A stretch of DNA of 64,000 nucleotides from Gemmatimonadota bacterium (GCA_040389905.1 JAZJZK010000014.1:96001-160000); one strand, 5' to 3'; counted from the stretch's first letter, positions 10,567-20,900 are shown. The notes: generated by a model not told the origin, from the letters alone. Translations and numbers: made by a program.

Positions 10567-11139
10567 ATGACAACATTCACCGTGGGTTATTTCGTCGGCA
10601 GTCTCTCGAGCACGTCGATCAACCGCCTGCTCGCGACGGCACTCGTGCGTCTGGCGCCCGAAGAACTGACGATGACCGAGATCCAGTTCAAGGATCTTCC
10701 GCTCTACAGCCAGGACTTCGATGCTGACTATCCCCCGGCCGGGAAAGCGCTGAAGGATGCGATTGCAGCGGCCGACGCGGTGTTGTTCGTGACCCCAGAA
10801 TACAATCGCTCCATCCCCGGTGGATTGAAGAACGCGATCGACTGGGCAAGCCGTCCATGGGGCACCAATTCCTTTCGCCGCAAGCCGTCGGCAATCATCG
10901 GCACATCGCCGGGGGCGATTGGAACCGCGGTGGCGCAACAGCATTTGCGCAGCATTCTGAGCTTCTGTAACTCCCCGCAGATGAATGCGATCGAGGCCTA
11001 CATCCAATTCACCCCGGGCCTGATCACCGATGACGGACAAGTCACGATTGCCTCGACGGAGGAGTTCTTCCGGAACTACATGAAAGAGTTTTACGGCTTC
11101 ATCGAGCGCGTCTACACGGCAATCCCGCGAAGTGCGTAG
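10567..11139 (+). CDS. NADPH-dependent FMN reductase (ChrR-like)
   Basis: VGSLSSTSINR, VTPEYNRSIPGGLKNAIDWASRP, GTSPGAIGTAVAQQHLR. Confidence 0.92.
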   Translation: MTTFTVGYFVGSLSSTSINRLLATALVRLAPEELTMTEIQFKDLPLYSQDFDADYPPAGKALKDAIAAADAVLFVTPEYNRSIPGGLKNAIDWASRPWGTNSFRRKPSAIIGTSPGAIGTAVAQQHLRSILSFCNSPQMNAIEAYIQFTPGLITDDGQVTIASTEEFFRNYMKEFYGFIERVYTAIPRSA

Positions 11140-11148
11140 CGCATCACT

Positions 11149-11610
11149 TCACGTCCGCAGCAACGCGCAGAGCTCATCGACCGCACGAGCCTGCGCGGGA
11201 ATGAGTTTGGTCTTCGCCACGTCCGGCGCGAACCACGCCGCGCGGTCGACTTCGGGAAACTCGGTCTGTCGTCGAGACTTGGGCGGCCACTCCATCGTGA
11301 ACGTGTTGCTCCGGATGGCAGCGGCGTCGACATCTCCCTCGACGGCCCACAAGCTCACGATCTTTCCGTTCGCCTGCCTCACCGCGGTCAGCGGAACGAA
11401 TGTCCCCACGACGGGCGATCCCGTCTCCTCCTCGAACTCGCGACAGGCCACCGCAAGCGGATCCTCTCCCGCCGAGTATTCGCCCTTCGGGAACGACCAG
11501 ATGCCGAGATCTTTCCTGGCATAGTAGGGACCGCCCGGGTGTACGAGGAACAGCTCGAGCGACCCAGCCTGCTTGCGGTACATGACGATCCCTGCGCTCG
11601 TCAGAGCCAT
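11149..11610 (-). CDS. NUDIX-family hydrolase (predicted NTP pyrophosphohydrolase)
   Basis: SAGIVMYR...LVHPGGP...WSFPKGE...REFEEETG...EWPPKS...FPEVDRAAWF; start at ATG 11610. Confidence 0.9.
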   Translation of the reverse strand: MALTSAGIVMYRKQAGSLELFLVHPGGPYYARKDLGIWSFPKGEYSAGEDPLAVACREFEEETGSPVVGTFVPLTAVRQANGKIVSLWAVEGDVDAAAIRSNTFTMEWPPKSRRQTEFPEVDRAAWFAPDVAKTKLIPAQARAVDELCALLRT

Positions 11611-11784
11611 GCTATCGCGCCTCGCACGTTCGGGTCCAGCCGCCGACGACTGTAATGGCCGCTGAGGAACACGTGCGAAAGATGCGGTACGGTTCCCAAC
11701 CGGGCTATCGAATGGCTGGCCGGCGGCACGTCCACGACTCACATTTCCTCTCCCGCACGCATCGCACACTTGGGGCATACAGAG

Positions 11785-13734
11785 ATGCCTTCCGGCTCGC
11801 CCATCACCACGAAGCGCACCGTTTGTAATCGGGACTGCCCGGATGCGTGCGGCATGATCGCAACGATTCAGGATGGGCGCGTCATTCGGCTGCAGGGGGA
11901 CAAGGAGCATCCCGTGACGCGCGGCTTCCTGTGCCACCGCACGAGCAACTTCCTGCGACGACAGTACGGGCCCGAACGTTTGACCCATCCACTCCAACGC
12001 ACGAGCAGCGGGTTCAGGGAAATCGCCTGGGACGACGCGCTCGATCTCGCCGCGGAGCACCTGCAACGCATCAAGCGGGAAGACGGCGCGGCGGCCATCC
12101 TGCATTACAAGAGTGGCGGCACACTTGGCACGCTGCGCGTGCTCACACAGTGGTTCTTCGAGCAATGGGGCCCGGTCACCATCAAGCGTGGCGACATCTG
12201 CTCCGGCGCGGGTGACGCCGCGCAGTTGATGGACTTCGGCGCTGGCGATACGCATGATCTCCACGACCTGCTCAACGCCCGCAACATCATCCTCTGGGGC
12301 AAGAACGTGTTCGTCTCGCACGTGCACGCGTTGCCCGTGCTGCGTGATGCGCGCAGCCGAGGTGCGCGTATCACGCTCGTCGATCCGGTGCATACCCGCA
12401 CGACGACCATCAGCGACCGGTACATTCAACCACGTCCGGGCGCCGATCTCGCGCTGGTCATGGCGATCATCGCCAGCATTTCACATCGCGGTGCAATCGC
12501 CCCTGAGGCAGCGACATACTGCGATCATCTCGACGCGCTGGTCTCACTTGCCGAGTCGCGCGACCTCGAGCAATGGTGCGCCGCCGCGGATGTACAACGT
12601 GCCGAAGTGGAGGCACTCGCGGCGTGCCTCGTCGACCGTCCGTGCGCGATCATGATCGGCTGGGGCATGCAGCGTCGAGTCAACGGCGGCGCCATCGTGC
12701 GTGCCCTCGATGCGCTGAGCGCCATCACGGGCAACATCGGCGTCGCCGGCGGTGGCGCGTTCTTCAATGCGAGCAGGGCGAGCGCATTCGCGACGTCATT
12801 CGTACAGGGCCAGCGGGTCGCGCCCCGCACTCTCAGTGAGCCACGATTGGGGCGCGAAATACTCGACGCGCAGTCACCGCCAATTCGCGCTGTGTGGGTG
12901 ACCGCGGGAAATCCGGTGGCGATGCTGCCCGACGCCAGCGCAACGGCCGAAGCGCTGCGAACGCGCGAGTTCGTGGTGGTCGCGGATTCCTTCATGACGG
13001 ACACTGCGGAGCTTGCTCACCTGATTCTTCCGACACAGACGCTGCTCGAGGCCGACGACCTCGTGGGTGCCTACGGTCATCACTACCTGAGCGCATCGAG
13101 TCCCGTCGTGCCGCCGCCCGATGGCGTGAAAAGCGACCTCGAAATCGTGCAGCTCCTCGCGCTTCGGCTCGGACTCGGCGACGTGATGGCGGGCGACGCA
13201 CAGAGTTGGAAACGCCGTCTCCTTGCTCCAGAGTTGGTGGCGCTCGGCGTGACGGTCGAAGGGCTGGAACGCGCCGCGGAACGGAATCCGCTTGCGCCGG
13301 TGGTACTCTTTCCCGACCGTCAGTTTCCTACGGCGAGCGGCCGCGTACGCCTCATCCATGAGTGGCCGGAGTTCGGCGATGGAGCGCCCGACGTTCCCGG
13401 CTTTCCGTTGCATTTACTGAGCAGGTCCACCGACAAATTCCAGGGGTCGCAATGGACCGAACCGCCGAACGGGCCGTTGGAGGTGACGGTTCATCCGGAC
13501 GCGACGACGCTGACGCACGGTGCCGACGCATGGTTGGAAAGCCCGAACGGACGTCTGCACGTCGTCGTCAAACATGATCCAGCGCAGCGCCGCGACGTCG
13601 CGCTCGTGCCGAAGGGCGGACAGCGCCGCGACGGACGCGGGTTGAATACGCTCATTTCCGCGCGGCTCACGGACATTGGCGAAGGGGCCGCGCTGTACGA
13701 TCAACGCGTACGACTGGTACCGCACGATCGGTGA
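11785..13734 (+). CDS. Molybdopterin-dependent oxidoreductase (DMSO reductase superfamily), stand-alone catalytic subunit
   Basis: 4Fe-4S motif CNRDCPDAC...GFLC; GDICSGAG; FMTDTAELAHLILP; C-terminal molybdopterin dinucleotide-binding domain. Confidence 0.9.
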   Translation: MPSGSPITTKRTVCNRDCPDACGMIATIQDGRVIRLQGDKEHPVTRGFLCHRTSNFLRRQYGPERLTHPLQRTSSGFREIAWDDALDLAAEHLQRIKREDGAAAILHYKSGGTLGTLRVLTQWFFEQWGPVTIKRGDICSGAGDAAQLMDFGAGDTHDLHDLLNARNIILWGKNVFVSHVHALPVLRDARSRGARITLVDPVHTRTTTISDRYIQPRPGADLALVMAIIASISHRGAIAPEAATYCDHLDALVSLAESRDLEQWCAAADVQRAEVEALAACLVDRPCAIMIGWGMQRRVNGGAIVRALDALSAITGNIGVAGGGAFFNASRASAFATSFVQGQRVAPRTLSEPRLGREILDAQSPPIRAVWVTAGNPVAMLPDASATAEALRTREFVVVADSFMTDTAELAHLILPTQTLLEADDLVGAYGHHYLSASSPVVPPPDGVKSDLEIVQLLALRLGLGDVMAGDAQSWKRRLLAPELVALGVTVEGLERAAERNPLAPVVLFPDRQFPTASGRVRLIHEWPEFGDGAPDVPGFPLHLLSRSTDKFQGSQWTEPPNGPLEVTVHPDATTLTHGADAWLESPNGRLHVVVKHDPAQRRDVALVPKGGQRRDGRGLNTLISARLTDIGEGAALYDQRVRLVPHDR

Positions 13735-13746
13735 TCGCGCGGACCC

Positions 13747-14121
13747 TTATCGGTGTTTGTCGTCGTCCGTATCGCGAATGAAGATGGACAGCACGATGCT
13801 CACGATGCTGATGACGATCGCGCCCCAGAATGCAGCGGAGAAACCACTCACCCGCAGTCCAAGGCCAACGCTGCGCGACACTGCACTCGTGAGCAGGAGC
13901 ACGATCGCGTTGAGAACCAGTGTGAACAGGCCGAGCGTCAACACGAGCAGCGGAAGTGACAGGAGCATCAGGATCGGCCGCACGATGGCATTCAGCACGC
14001 CGAAGATGAGCGCCACCATGAGCAAGCTCGCCAGGCTCCCGGTGAAATGAATGCCCGATACGAAATGAACGGCGGCCCAGAGTGCCGCCGCGTTGATCAG
14101 AATCCTGAGGATGAGTCGCAT
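13747..14121 (-). CDS. YvlD / phage holin superfamily IV-like membrane protein
   Basis: ALIFGVLNAIVRPILMLLSLPLLVLTLGLFTLVLNA; 4 TM helices. Confidence 0.88.
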   Translation of the reverse strand: MRLILRILINAAALWAAVHFVSGIHFTGSLASLLMVALIFGVLNAIVRPILMLLSLPLLVLTLGLFTLVLNAIVLLLTSAVSRSVGLGLRVSGFSAAFWGAIVISIVSIVLSIFIRDTDDDKHR

Positions 14122-14204
14122 GATGTCTCCGTGCCGACGGTGGTCTCGCGCCGCTCTGTCATGCCGTACGGAGCGTGCGCGGCGCGGGATTCACACAGGC
14201 CGCC

Positions 14205-14630
14205 CTACTTTCGCCGCGCGGCGTCGACGCTCCAGGGACCGGCGCCGGCGGCGGAGTAGTAGAGCCAGAGAAAGCAGTAGAGCAGCGCGAGCTCACCGCC
14301 ATTCCCCGACGGCCAGAATCCCTTGGGAAAGTGCGACTGAAAGTACGCGACGGCCATCTCGCCGCTGAGCAGGAAGGCCACGGGTCGCGTGAACAGTCCG
14401 ACCAGGAGCAGCGCGCCGCCGAATGTCTCCAGAATGCCGGCAATGCCGACCTGCGACAGCAATGGGGGTGTAAAACCACCTGGAAGCCCGCTCGGGAAGG
14501 CGAACAGCTTCATCGTACCGTGGAGCATGAACGCGGCGGCCGCGACGATGCGCAGGAGGCTCTGGAACCTTGGCGCCTGGGCCACCCACGCGGCGATGGG
14601 GCTGCCTGCGTCATTGCGCGACTCACTCAT
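14205..14630 (-). CDS. DoxX-family membrane protein
   Basis: LLRIVAA...HGTMKLF...LETFGGALLLVGLFTRPVAFLLSGEMAVAYF...NGGELA...GAGPWSVD. Confidence 0.92.
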   Translation of the reverse strand: MSESRNDAGSPIAAWVAQAPRFQSLLRIVAAAAFMLHGTMKLFAFPSGLPGGFTPPLLSQVGIAGILETFGGALLLVGLFTRPVAFLLSGEMAVAYFQSHFPKGFWPSGNGGELALLYCFLWLYYSAAGAGPWSVDAARRK

Positions 14631-14799
14631 GGACTGCTCCGGAATGGTATGACGTAGTGCACGAATCACCGACGACGGTGGTAGTGCACGATCCTCTCCA
14701 TCAACGCCCGCCCTACCAATCCGCTGCGTCGGGAAACGTTCGTGGTCGTGGCCGCCCGGCACGTAGGCATCCGAGCTGATCAAATTGCCGGCTTCATTC

Positions 14800-14866
14800 T
14801 TACCGCAGATGACGCAGAGGAGCAGAGGAACGCAGAGGAAACCCATGGGAACGCTTTTCCTCTGCG
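14800..14866. repeat. REP-like intergenic element, copy 2
   Basis: TTACCGCAGATGACGCAGAGGAGCAGAGGAACGCAGAGG...TTTCCTCTGCG; matches 708-777. Confidence 0.65.
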
Positions 14867-14872
14867 CCTCTT

Positions 14873-14932
14873 CACTTGACAGTCTAGTGGTCACATCACA
14901 CCTTCCTAATTCCACCACTAGACTGACTAGTC
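14873..14932 (+). promoter_or_regulatory. padR promoter with two palindromic putative PadR operators
   Basis: CACTTGACAGTCTAGTG (14873-14889, contains TTGACA) and CACTAGACTGACTAGTC (14916-14932), immediately upstream of the padR ATG. Confidence 0.65.
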
Positions 14933-14939
14933 CACGCAC

Positions 14940-15272
14940 ATGAAACCACGATCCGCCCCGCTGCTCCAGGGCACGCTTGACCTCATCGTCCTCCAGCTCC
15001 TCCGCGCGGAGCCCACCAACGGATACGACATGAGCCTCCGCATCCAGGCGATCTCGAGTGACGTGCTCAACGTCAACGCCGGCTCCCTTTACCCTGCCCT
15101 CTACCGGCTCGAAGCGCGCGGGATGGTTCAGGCAGTCTGGGAAGAAACCGCAAGCGGCCGGCAGGCCAAGGTCTATTCGGTCACGTCGGCGGGGCGGAAA
15201 CACCTCGCCGAACAGCGCGAAAGCTGGGAGCGGTTCTCCGGCGCCCTCGGCGCCATTCTCCGCGTCACATGA
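14940..15272 (+). CDS. padR: PadR-family transcriptional regulator (acidobacterial type)
   Basis: LLQGTLDLIVL...GY...GSLYPALYRLE...GRQAKVYSVTSAGRKHL. Confidence 0.93.
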   Translation: MKPRSAPLLQGTLDLIVLQLLRAEPTNGYDMSLRIQAISSDVLNVNAGSLYPALYRLEARGMVQAVWEETASGRQAKVYSVTSAGRKHLAEQRESWERFSGALGAILRVT

Positions 15273-17965
15273 TGTCCGAAGTATTTCTTCGCGCGCGGGG
15301 GATGCTTCGCCGCATGTTTCGCCGACGCGAGCTCGAGCACGAAATGCAGGCGGAGATGCGCCAGCATCTCGATTTGGCAACGGAGCGCTTCGCCAAGCGC
15401 GGCCTTTCCCCGGAACGCGCGCGCGAAGCCGCCGCGCGTGAGTTCGGTAGCATTGCATTCCATCAGGAAGAAGGTCGCGACGCACGTGGACTTCGCTGGA
15501 TCGAGTCCGTCGTCGCCGACCTGCGATTCGCTGTCAGGCACTTCGCGCGGAAGCCGCTCGCCTCGATCACGATCGTGGCCGTTCTCGCGGTCGGAATCGG
15601 CGTGCACTCGGCGCTGTTCGCTGTCTTCCAGGCGATCACGCAGCGCGCGGCACCGGGTGTGGAGTCGCGTGCTGATCTCGTGCGGCTCCGCGGCAAGGAA
15701 CAACCGCGTCGGGGCGACCGCTGGTATTCGCGCGGCTTTTCGTATCCGGAATTCCGCGATCTGTCGGAGCAACGACAGCTGTTCACGCTCGTCGCCGGCT
15801 GGACGAGCGAGTCGGTCACGCTCGAGAGCACGAATTCGGACGACGCCCAGAGCGCGCGAGTTCAATTCATCGCTGGCCCCTTCTTCGAGACGGTCGGGGT
15901 GCGTGCCGCGGTTGGCACGCTGATACATCCGTCGCCCCGCGTGGAGGCAGGCGACGACGAGCGCGTTGCCGTGCTCAGTCATGCGCTCTGGCATGGCGCG
16001 TTCGGTGGCGCACCCGATGTCGTGGGCCGCGTGGTGCGGGTGAATGACGTCGCCGTTCGCGTGATCGGCGTCGCGGCTCCCGATTTCAACGGCGCCGTTC
16101 CCACGCCGGGCGCGCAAACGCTCTGGATGCCGCTGTCCGCACGCAATGCGGTGATGCGCAGCGACGCTCAGTCCCTATTCAGCCGCGACACCAGCATCCT
16201 GTCCGCGATCGCCCGACTTGCCCCCGGTGTGACGATCGAGCGGGCAGACGGTGTGGTTCGCGTCCTCGCGGCGCGAGCCGCTGCGCAGATGGCTCCACTT
16301 CAGACGGACGGAATGCGCGATGCTGACGTCGTTCCCCTGAGCGGCGACACCGAGCTTCCCGCCGACACCAACGGCATCTTCCTGGTCCTCGTGCTCGGCG
16401 TCGGCGCGGCGCTGATTCTGGTCCTCGCATGCACGAACGTGAGCGCGCTCGTCGTCGGCGCCGGCATCGCGCGCCGGCAGGAGATTACCGTGAGACTGTC
16501 GCTCGGTGCGTCGCGTGCGCGCATCGTGCGCCAGCTCGTGACGGAGAGTTGCCTGCTCGCCGTGGCTGGTGGGCTGCTCGGCCTTGTGATCTTTGCGTCG
16601 GTCACGCGCGTACTCGCGACGCAGTATCCGGAGATGAACCTCGCTCCCGATTTCGGCACCGTCGCCTTCACGCTGCTGTTTGCACTTGGCACGGGCGTCG
16701 TGTTTGGCCTGTCGCCGGCGCTCCACGCCACGCGCCGGGATCTCGCCAGCGTGTTGAAGAGTTCGAGCGCCGGTGCGACCGGGCGCTCTCGATTGCAGTC
16801 CGCTTTTGTGGTGGTGCAGATCGCTGTCACGCAGCCGCTGCTCGTGGGCTTGTGCCTGGTGCTCCTGCTCGCGATTCAGGATGGCGGCGCGACCATTTCC
16901 GAGGATCTAACGAATCACTTGATTCGTGCGCGTTTCGACCTCGACAGGCCGACCCCGCGCGTCGAGGAGGAACTCCGGGCAGCGATGCGCGACTTGACAT
17001 CGATGCCCGGAGTCGCCGGCGTCGTGCGCGAAGCCGTCGGCATTGCGCTGGTCGATCTCACCATCGCGGCGGACAGCGATACGGGGGCCGTATCTTCAGA
17101 TGCGCCGGTGAGCGTGCATGTCGAGGCGACGAGCCCTGGGTATTTCGCACTGCTCGATGTGCCGATGGTCCGCGGCCGCGAGCTCGAGGCAAGTGACTCC
17201 AGTTCGCGCGACCTCGCTGTCGTCATTGGCAGCGATCTCGCGCTCCGGCTCTGGCACGGTCAGGATCCCATCGGCAAGCGTCTTACGCAAACCACGCGCG
17301 GACGGGTGCTCGATCGTCGCGCAGTAGTCGTCGGCGTGTTCGATGCGCGCAAACAGACAACGCGTGGTGCTGAACTGCGCGTCTTCGCGATCCGCGCTGG
17401 TGCGCGACGGGACCATACGTACCTGGTGCGAACGTCCGAGCCGGCGGCTGCCATGGTCAAGCCACTTCGTGCGCACATGCGGGAGGCGATGCCGAGGCTT
17501 GCCGTCGGGCAGTTCCAGACGTTTGCCGACATCATCGCGAATGGATTGCAGGAGGTGCGCGTGCTGAGCAGCGGCGTAACGGCGGCGACGCTGGCGGCGC
17601 TCTTTCTCGCGTCGCTCGGACTCTACGGCGTCGTGGGTCTGGCGGTCGCGCAGCGCAACCGGGAGATCGGTATCCGCATGGCGCTCGGCGCGCGCGCTGG
17701 TGAGGTCGTGATGCTGTTGTTTCGAGTTGGACTGCGGCTCGCGGTGCTCGGACTGCTGATCGGATTGCCGTTGAGTGTTGCCGTCCTTCAGCTGGTGTCG
17801 AAGGAAATTGGAACGGGGGCGGTCATCGGTAATGCGATGACGTCAGCGCCGATTATCGGCCTGCTGGTCGCCGTCACCGTGCTGATCGTCGCTGCGACGG
17901 CCACGTGGATTCCGGCGCGCAGGGCGGCGCATGTCGAGCCGATGATCGCGCTTCGCGCCGAGTAG
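15269..17965 (+). CDS. ADOP-type duplicated ABC permease (MacB_PCD/FtsX x2), no ATPase partner
   Basis: ADLRFAVRHF, LACTNV...RRQEITVRLSLGASRARIVRQLVTES, GLYGVV...REIGIRMALGA, PARRAAHVEPMIALRAE; overlaps the padR stop. Confidence 0.9.
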   Translation: MMSEVFLRARGMLRRMFRRRELEHEMQAEMRQHLDLATERFAKRGLSPERAREAAAREFGSIAFHQEEGRDARGLRWIESVVADLRFAVRHFARKPLASITIVAVLAVGIGVHSALFAVFQAITQRAAPGVESRADLVRLRGKEQPRRGDRWYSRGFSYPEFRDLSEQRQLFTLVAGWTSESVTLESTNSDDAQSARVQFIAGPFFETVGVRAAVGTLIHPSPRVEAGDDERVAVLSHALWHGAFGGAPDVVGRVVRVNDVAVRVIGVAAPDFNGAVPTPGAQTLWMPLSARNAVMRSDAQSLFSRDTSILSAIARLAPGVTIERADGVVRVLAARAAAQMAPLQTDGMRDADVVPLSGDTELPADTNGIFLVLVLGVGAALILVLACTNVSALVVGAGIARRQEITVRLSLGASRARIVRQLVTESCLLAVAGGLLGLVIFASVTRVLATQYPEMNLAPDFGTVAFTLLFALGTGVVFGLSPALHATRRDLASVLKSSSAGATGRSRLQSAFVVVQIAVTQPLLVGLCLVLLLAIQDGGATISEDLTNHLIRARFDLDRPTPRVEEELRAAMRDLTSMPGVAGVVREAVGIALVDLTIAADSDTGAVSSDAPVSVHVEATSPGYFALLDVPMVRGRELEASDSSSRDLAVVIGSDLALRLWHGQDPIGKRLTQTTRGRVLDRRAVVVGVFDARKQTTRGAELRVFAIRAGARRDHTYLVRTSEPAAAMVKPLRAHMREAMPRLAVGQFQTFADIIANGLQEVRVLSSGVTAATLAALFLASLGLYGVVGLAVAQRNREIGIRMALGARAGEVVMLLFRVGLRLAVLGLLIGLPLSVAVLQLVSKEIGTGAVIGNAMTSAPIIGLLVAVTVLIVAATATWIPARRAAHVEPMIALRAE

Positions 17966-18049
17966 GATCGCGACTCGGTTCATAATTCGCACGATCGATG
18001 CGCCGGCACATTGAACGCGGATTGAGCGGATGGAAAAGAAGAACGCTGA

Positions 18050-19054
18050 TTAATCGCTCGAGATCCACTCTGGATACGCGCGCCGCGTTCGCAGGACGGA
18101 ATCCTCCGCGCGGTAGCCGGGCCGGCGAAAGAGCAACGCATGCATGAAGCCATTCATCTCGCCGATCATCTCCGTGTGGAGAATACGATTGGCGGGATTC
18201 GGATGGAGGAGGATTTCAATCTGCGTGTCGCGATAGCGAAGGAATTCCCCCAGCGAATCGGCGGTGAGCGCGTAGGACGCTTGCAGGTCCGCGAGCATGC
18301 GATGCGAGGCGCGCCACGTCCCGCCCGAGTCTGACACGACCTTCTTGCCGTCGAGCATGATCTCGCGGTCGTCGTACGCAAGAGAGACCAACGTGTGCTC
18401 CGGCGCGCGACGCAGCCATTCCATGATCGCCCGCCCGTGTCGCGCTTCGTAGCTGTAGTTGCTGTCGAGAAACGCGATACGCTCGAGCCAATCAGGCAGC
18501 GACTGCTGCCCATCGATGAAGCCCCACGCGAACGAACCTCCACCGCTGTGGCCCGTGAGTGTCACCGCGAGACGCTCTGGATTGCCAATTTCAGCGCGTA
18601 GCTGGTCGACAATCGACACGATTCGTGGATTCGCGCTCTCGTACCCGTGCCGGCTTCGCCACTCGGGCCAACTCTTGCGGTCGGCCTCGAGGTAGACGAT
18701 GATCGCCTGACTCAGCCCCCGGGCGCGCAGCGCGCGGGTCTGCGCGCCGATGTGCTGGATGTCGTACCGCCAGCCGACGCCGTCGGCCAACAGGCGTCCC
18801 ATCGTTTCAGCCGTGGAGTTGCCGTTGGGGAGTGCGTAGAGAATCAGATCGACGCGCTGTCGTCCATCCAACTGCGATGGCGCGACAATCGTTGCCGTGA
18901 CGCCCGGGTCGAACTGAATGACACGGACGCGTTCACCAAATTGCTCGGCCGGAGTGAACCCGGACAACTCGAGTGCGCTTGGTGGCGGCGCGCACGCAGC
19001 GAGCGTCAGGGTGATTGCCACCACGGGAAGCAAAGAAGCGAAAGAAGTACGCAT
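18050..19054 (-). CDS. Putative lipoprotein with alpha/beta-hydrolase-like core
   Basis: Lipobox LAAC; nucleophile-elbow GHSGGG; AFLDS; start MRTSF at 19054. Confidence 0.6.
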   Translation of the reverse strand: MRTSFASLLPVVAITLTLAACAPPPSALELSGFTPAEQFGERVRVIQFDPGVTATIVAPSQLDGRQRVDLILYALPNGNSTAETMGRLLADGVGWRYDIQHIGAQTRALRARGLSQAIIVYLEADRKSWPEWRSRHGYESANPRIVSIVDQLRAEIGNPERLAVTLTGHSGGGSFAWGFIDGQQSLPDWLERIAFLDSNYSYEARHGRAIMEWLRRAPEHTLVSLAYDDREIMLDGKKVVSDSGGTWRASHRMLADLQASYALTADSLGEFLRYRDTQIEILLHPNPANRILHTEMIGEMNGFMHALLFRRPGYRAEDSVLRTRRAYPEWISSD

Positions 19055-19076
19055 AGGAAGAAGATATGCGCCGCAA

Positions 19077-20900
19077 CTACGCTCGCTCGGGGTGACATGT
19101 CCAAAAGGATGCCGAGGGCTCGAAACGAGCACCGATTCGCTCCGCCATTGTTCGATCGGCCGCTGAGCTACCCACGACGATGGAATGTGTCAGCGACACA
19201 CCGCGCTGCTTCGCTAACTCGAGCACGGAGCCGGGTATCGGTTTGCGACACCAGCACGCCGGCGGACCGGCGTCGTGGGGACAACAGGCGGCGCCAGAAT
19301 CGATTCCGAGTAGCGTTTGCAGTCGTGCAACGCACGCGTCCACCTCCTCGCGCGTCGTCACACCGCGCGAAACCTGCGGCCGCCAGGCGTGCACGAAGAG
19401 CAGCCAACCGTCGTCGGAATACCGGCGGAGCACCGCGCACCGGTCTTCGTCAATTTTCACATCTGCCGCGCGCAGCACCGGATCGACGGTACCCACCAGA
19501 TCGTCGAAATCGAAGATCAACCCCGGCGTTCCCGTGCTTCCGCCCGTGCGAACGAACGTGTGCTCCTCGATTGAGACAAACCCTTCGTCGAGCGCTGGCG
19601 GCTCGAGTATCCGCTCATAGCGAAACTGTGCGTCCGGCGAGAGATAGCGCGTGTCCGCCTTCCCGAGCGCGCGAATATCCTCTGGTGTCGGAAGGCCGCC
19701 GTGTACGTCGAGCATTCGCAGGATGCTGTTGATCTGTGCATTCGGGACGTCCGTCGCCATCCAGATGCAGCGCGCCGGCACACCACGCGCCCAGGCCGTC
19801 TCGACGATCTCATTCCGTGAGGCGCGGGTTGGATACGTGTTGTCGAGCACCACGCGGCGACTCCCACCTGCGAGCAACGAATCGAGGCGCGGTGCGAGAT
19901 CGGCAAGTGACCCACCCAGCGCGTCGCGATTGAGCCGCGCATAGCCGGCCCCTTCGAGATCGCGAGCGAAGACCGTCTTCCCCGCCCCAGGGCTTCCCAT
20001 CACGATCACGACATCACCCTCCGCGTCGTCCGCTGGTCGCCGCTCGACGCGCGGAATGCGGAGCAGGCGGCCGGAGAACTCCGCGTCGAGCGCATGGCAG
20101 TCTTCGTCATCGAGTTCGATGCCGAGCGCGCGAGCCAGCGATGTCGCCGTCTCGACCCGACTCGCTCCAGGAATCGGCACGACACCGTCTCCGAAGGTCA
20201 TGAGCCACGCGAGTACCACCTCCTCCTTCGATGCCGCATGCTTGCCTGCGACGCGTGTCACGACGGCATTCTTGCCGAGACGCTTGATCCGATCGCCACC
20301 CAACGGCCGATGGGCGATCACTCGTATACCGTTGTCTCGGCAGTATTCTGCGACGCCGTTCCGCAGATTCTCGGCGTCGAGCGGCGAGAGACTCACCTGT
20401 ACCGCGTCGACCTCCGTGACCGACTGCGCGGCTTTGATTTGCGTCACCGTGACGTTGCACAGTCCGACCGCGCGTATTTTTCCCTCTTCCCGCAACCGGG
20501 CAAGTGCGCGCACGCTGGTCTCGATCTGGGTTTTCGGATCGACCGCGTGGAGCTGATAGAGGTCGATCACATCCACACCGAGCGCTCGGCGGCTCGCCTC
20601 GCAGGCATCCCGGATGTGTGTTGCACGGCCATCGGGAACCCATGAACCGTTGGGGCGCCGCATCCCACCCTTGGTCGCCACCGTGATCCGCGCCCGCTCG
20701 CCCACCCAGCCATCGAGCGCACGTGCGATCACGCGCTCGTTGTGTCCGACGTCGGCTTCGGTGTGACCGTAGGCGTTCGCGGTGTCGAGCAGCGTCGCGC
20801 CGGCATCGAGCGCCGCGCGAATAACGGCGACCGCATTGTCATCGTCGCGCGTTGCGGCCGTCGACAGCCGCATGCACCCAAGCCCGATCGTTCGACCCAT
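19077..20900 (-). CDS. Fusion: aldo/keto reductase + P-loop kinase (AAA_33-like) + HAD IIIA-like domain
   Basis: AKR: IGLGCM, LLDTANAYG, TKGG, IDLYQLH, PIPGAS. Kinase: GSPGAGKT, RLNRD, VVLDNT. HAD: FDFDD, CCPH...CWCRKPIPG. Confidence 0.82.
   Translation of the reverse strand: MGRTIGLGCMRLSTAATRDDDNAVAVIRAALDAGATLLDTANAYGHTEADVGHNERVIARALDGWVGERARITVATKGGMRRPNGSWVPDGRATHIRDACEASRRALGVDVIDLYQLHAVDPKTQIETSVRALARLREEGKIRAVGLCNVTVTQIKAAQSVTEVDAVQVSLSPLDAENLRNGVAEYCRDNGIRVIAHRPLGGDRIKRLGKNAVVTRVAGKHAASKEEVVLAWLMTFGDGVVPIPGASRVETATSLARALGIELDDEDCHALDAEFSGRLLRIPRVERRPADDAEGDVVIVMGSPGAGKTVFARDLEGAGYARLNRDALGGSLADLAPRLDSLLAGGSRRVVLDNTYPTRASRNEIVETAWARGVPARCIWMATDVPNAQINSILRMLDVHGGLPTPEDIRALGKADTRYLSPDAQFRYERILEPPALDEGFVSIEEHTFVRTGGSTGTPGLIFDFDDLVGTVDPVLRAADVKIDEDRCAVLRRYSDDGWLLFVHAWRPQVSRGVTTREEVDACVARLQTLLGIDSGAACCPHDAGPPACWCRKPIPGSVLELAKQRGVSLTHSIVVGSSAADRTMAERIGARFEPSASFWTCHPERA

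Noticed and set aside
13747..14121. Holin as evidence of a prophage
   Set aside because: YvlD-like proteins are common chromosomal membrane proteins, and no phage genes are nearby.
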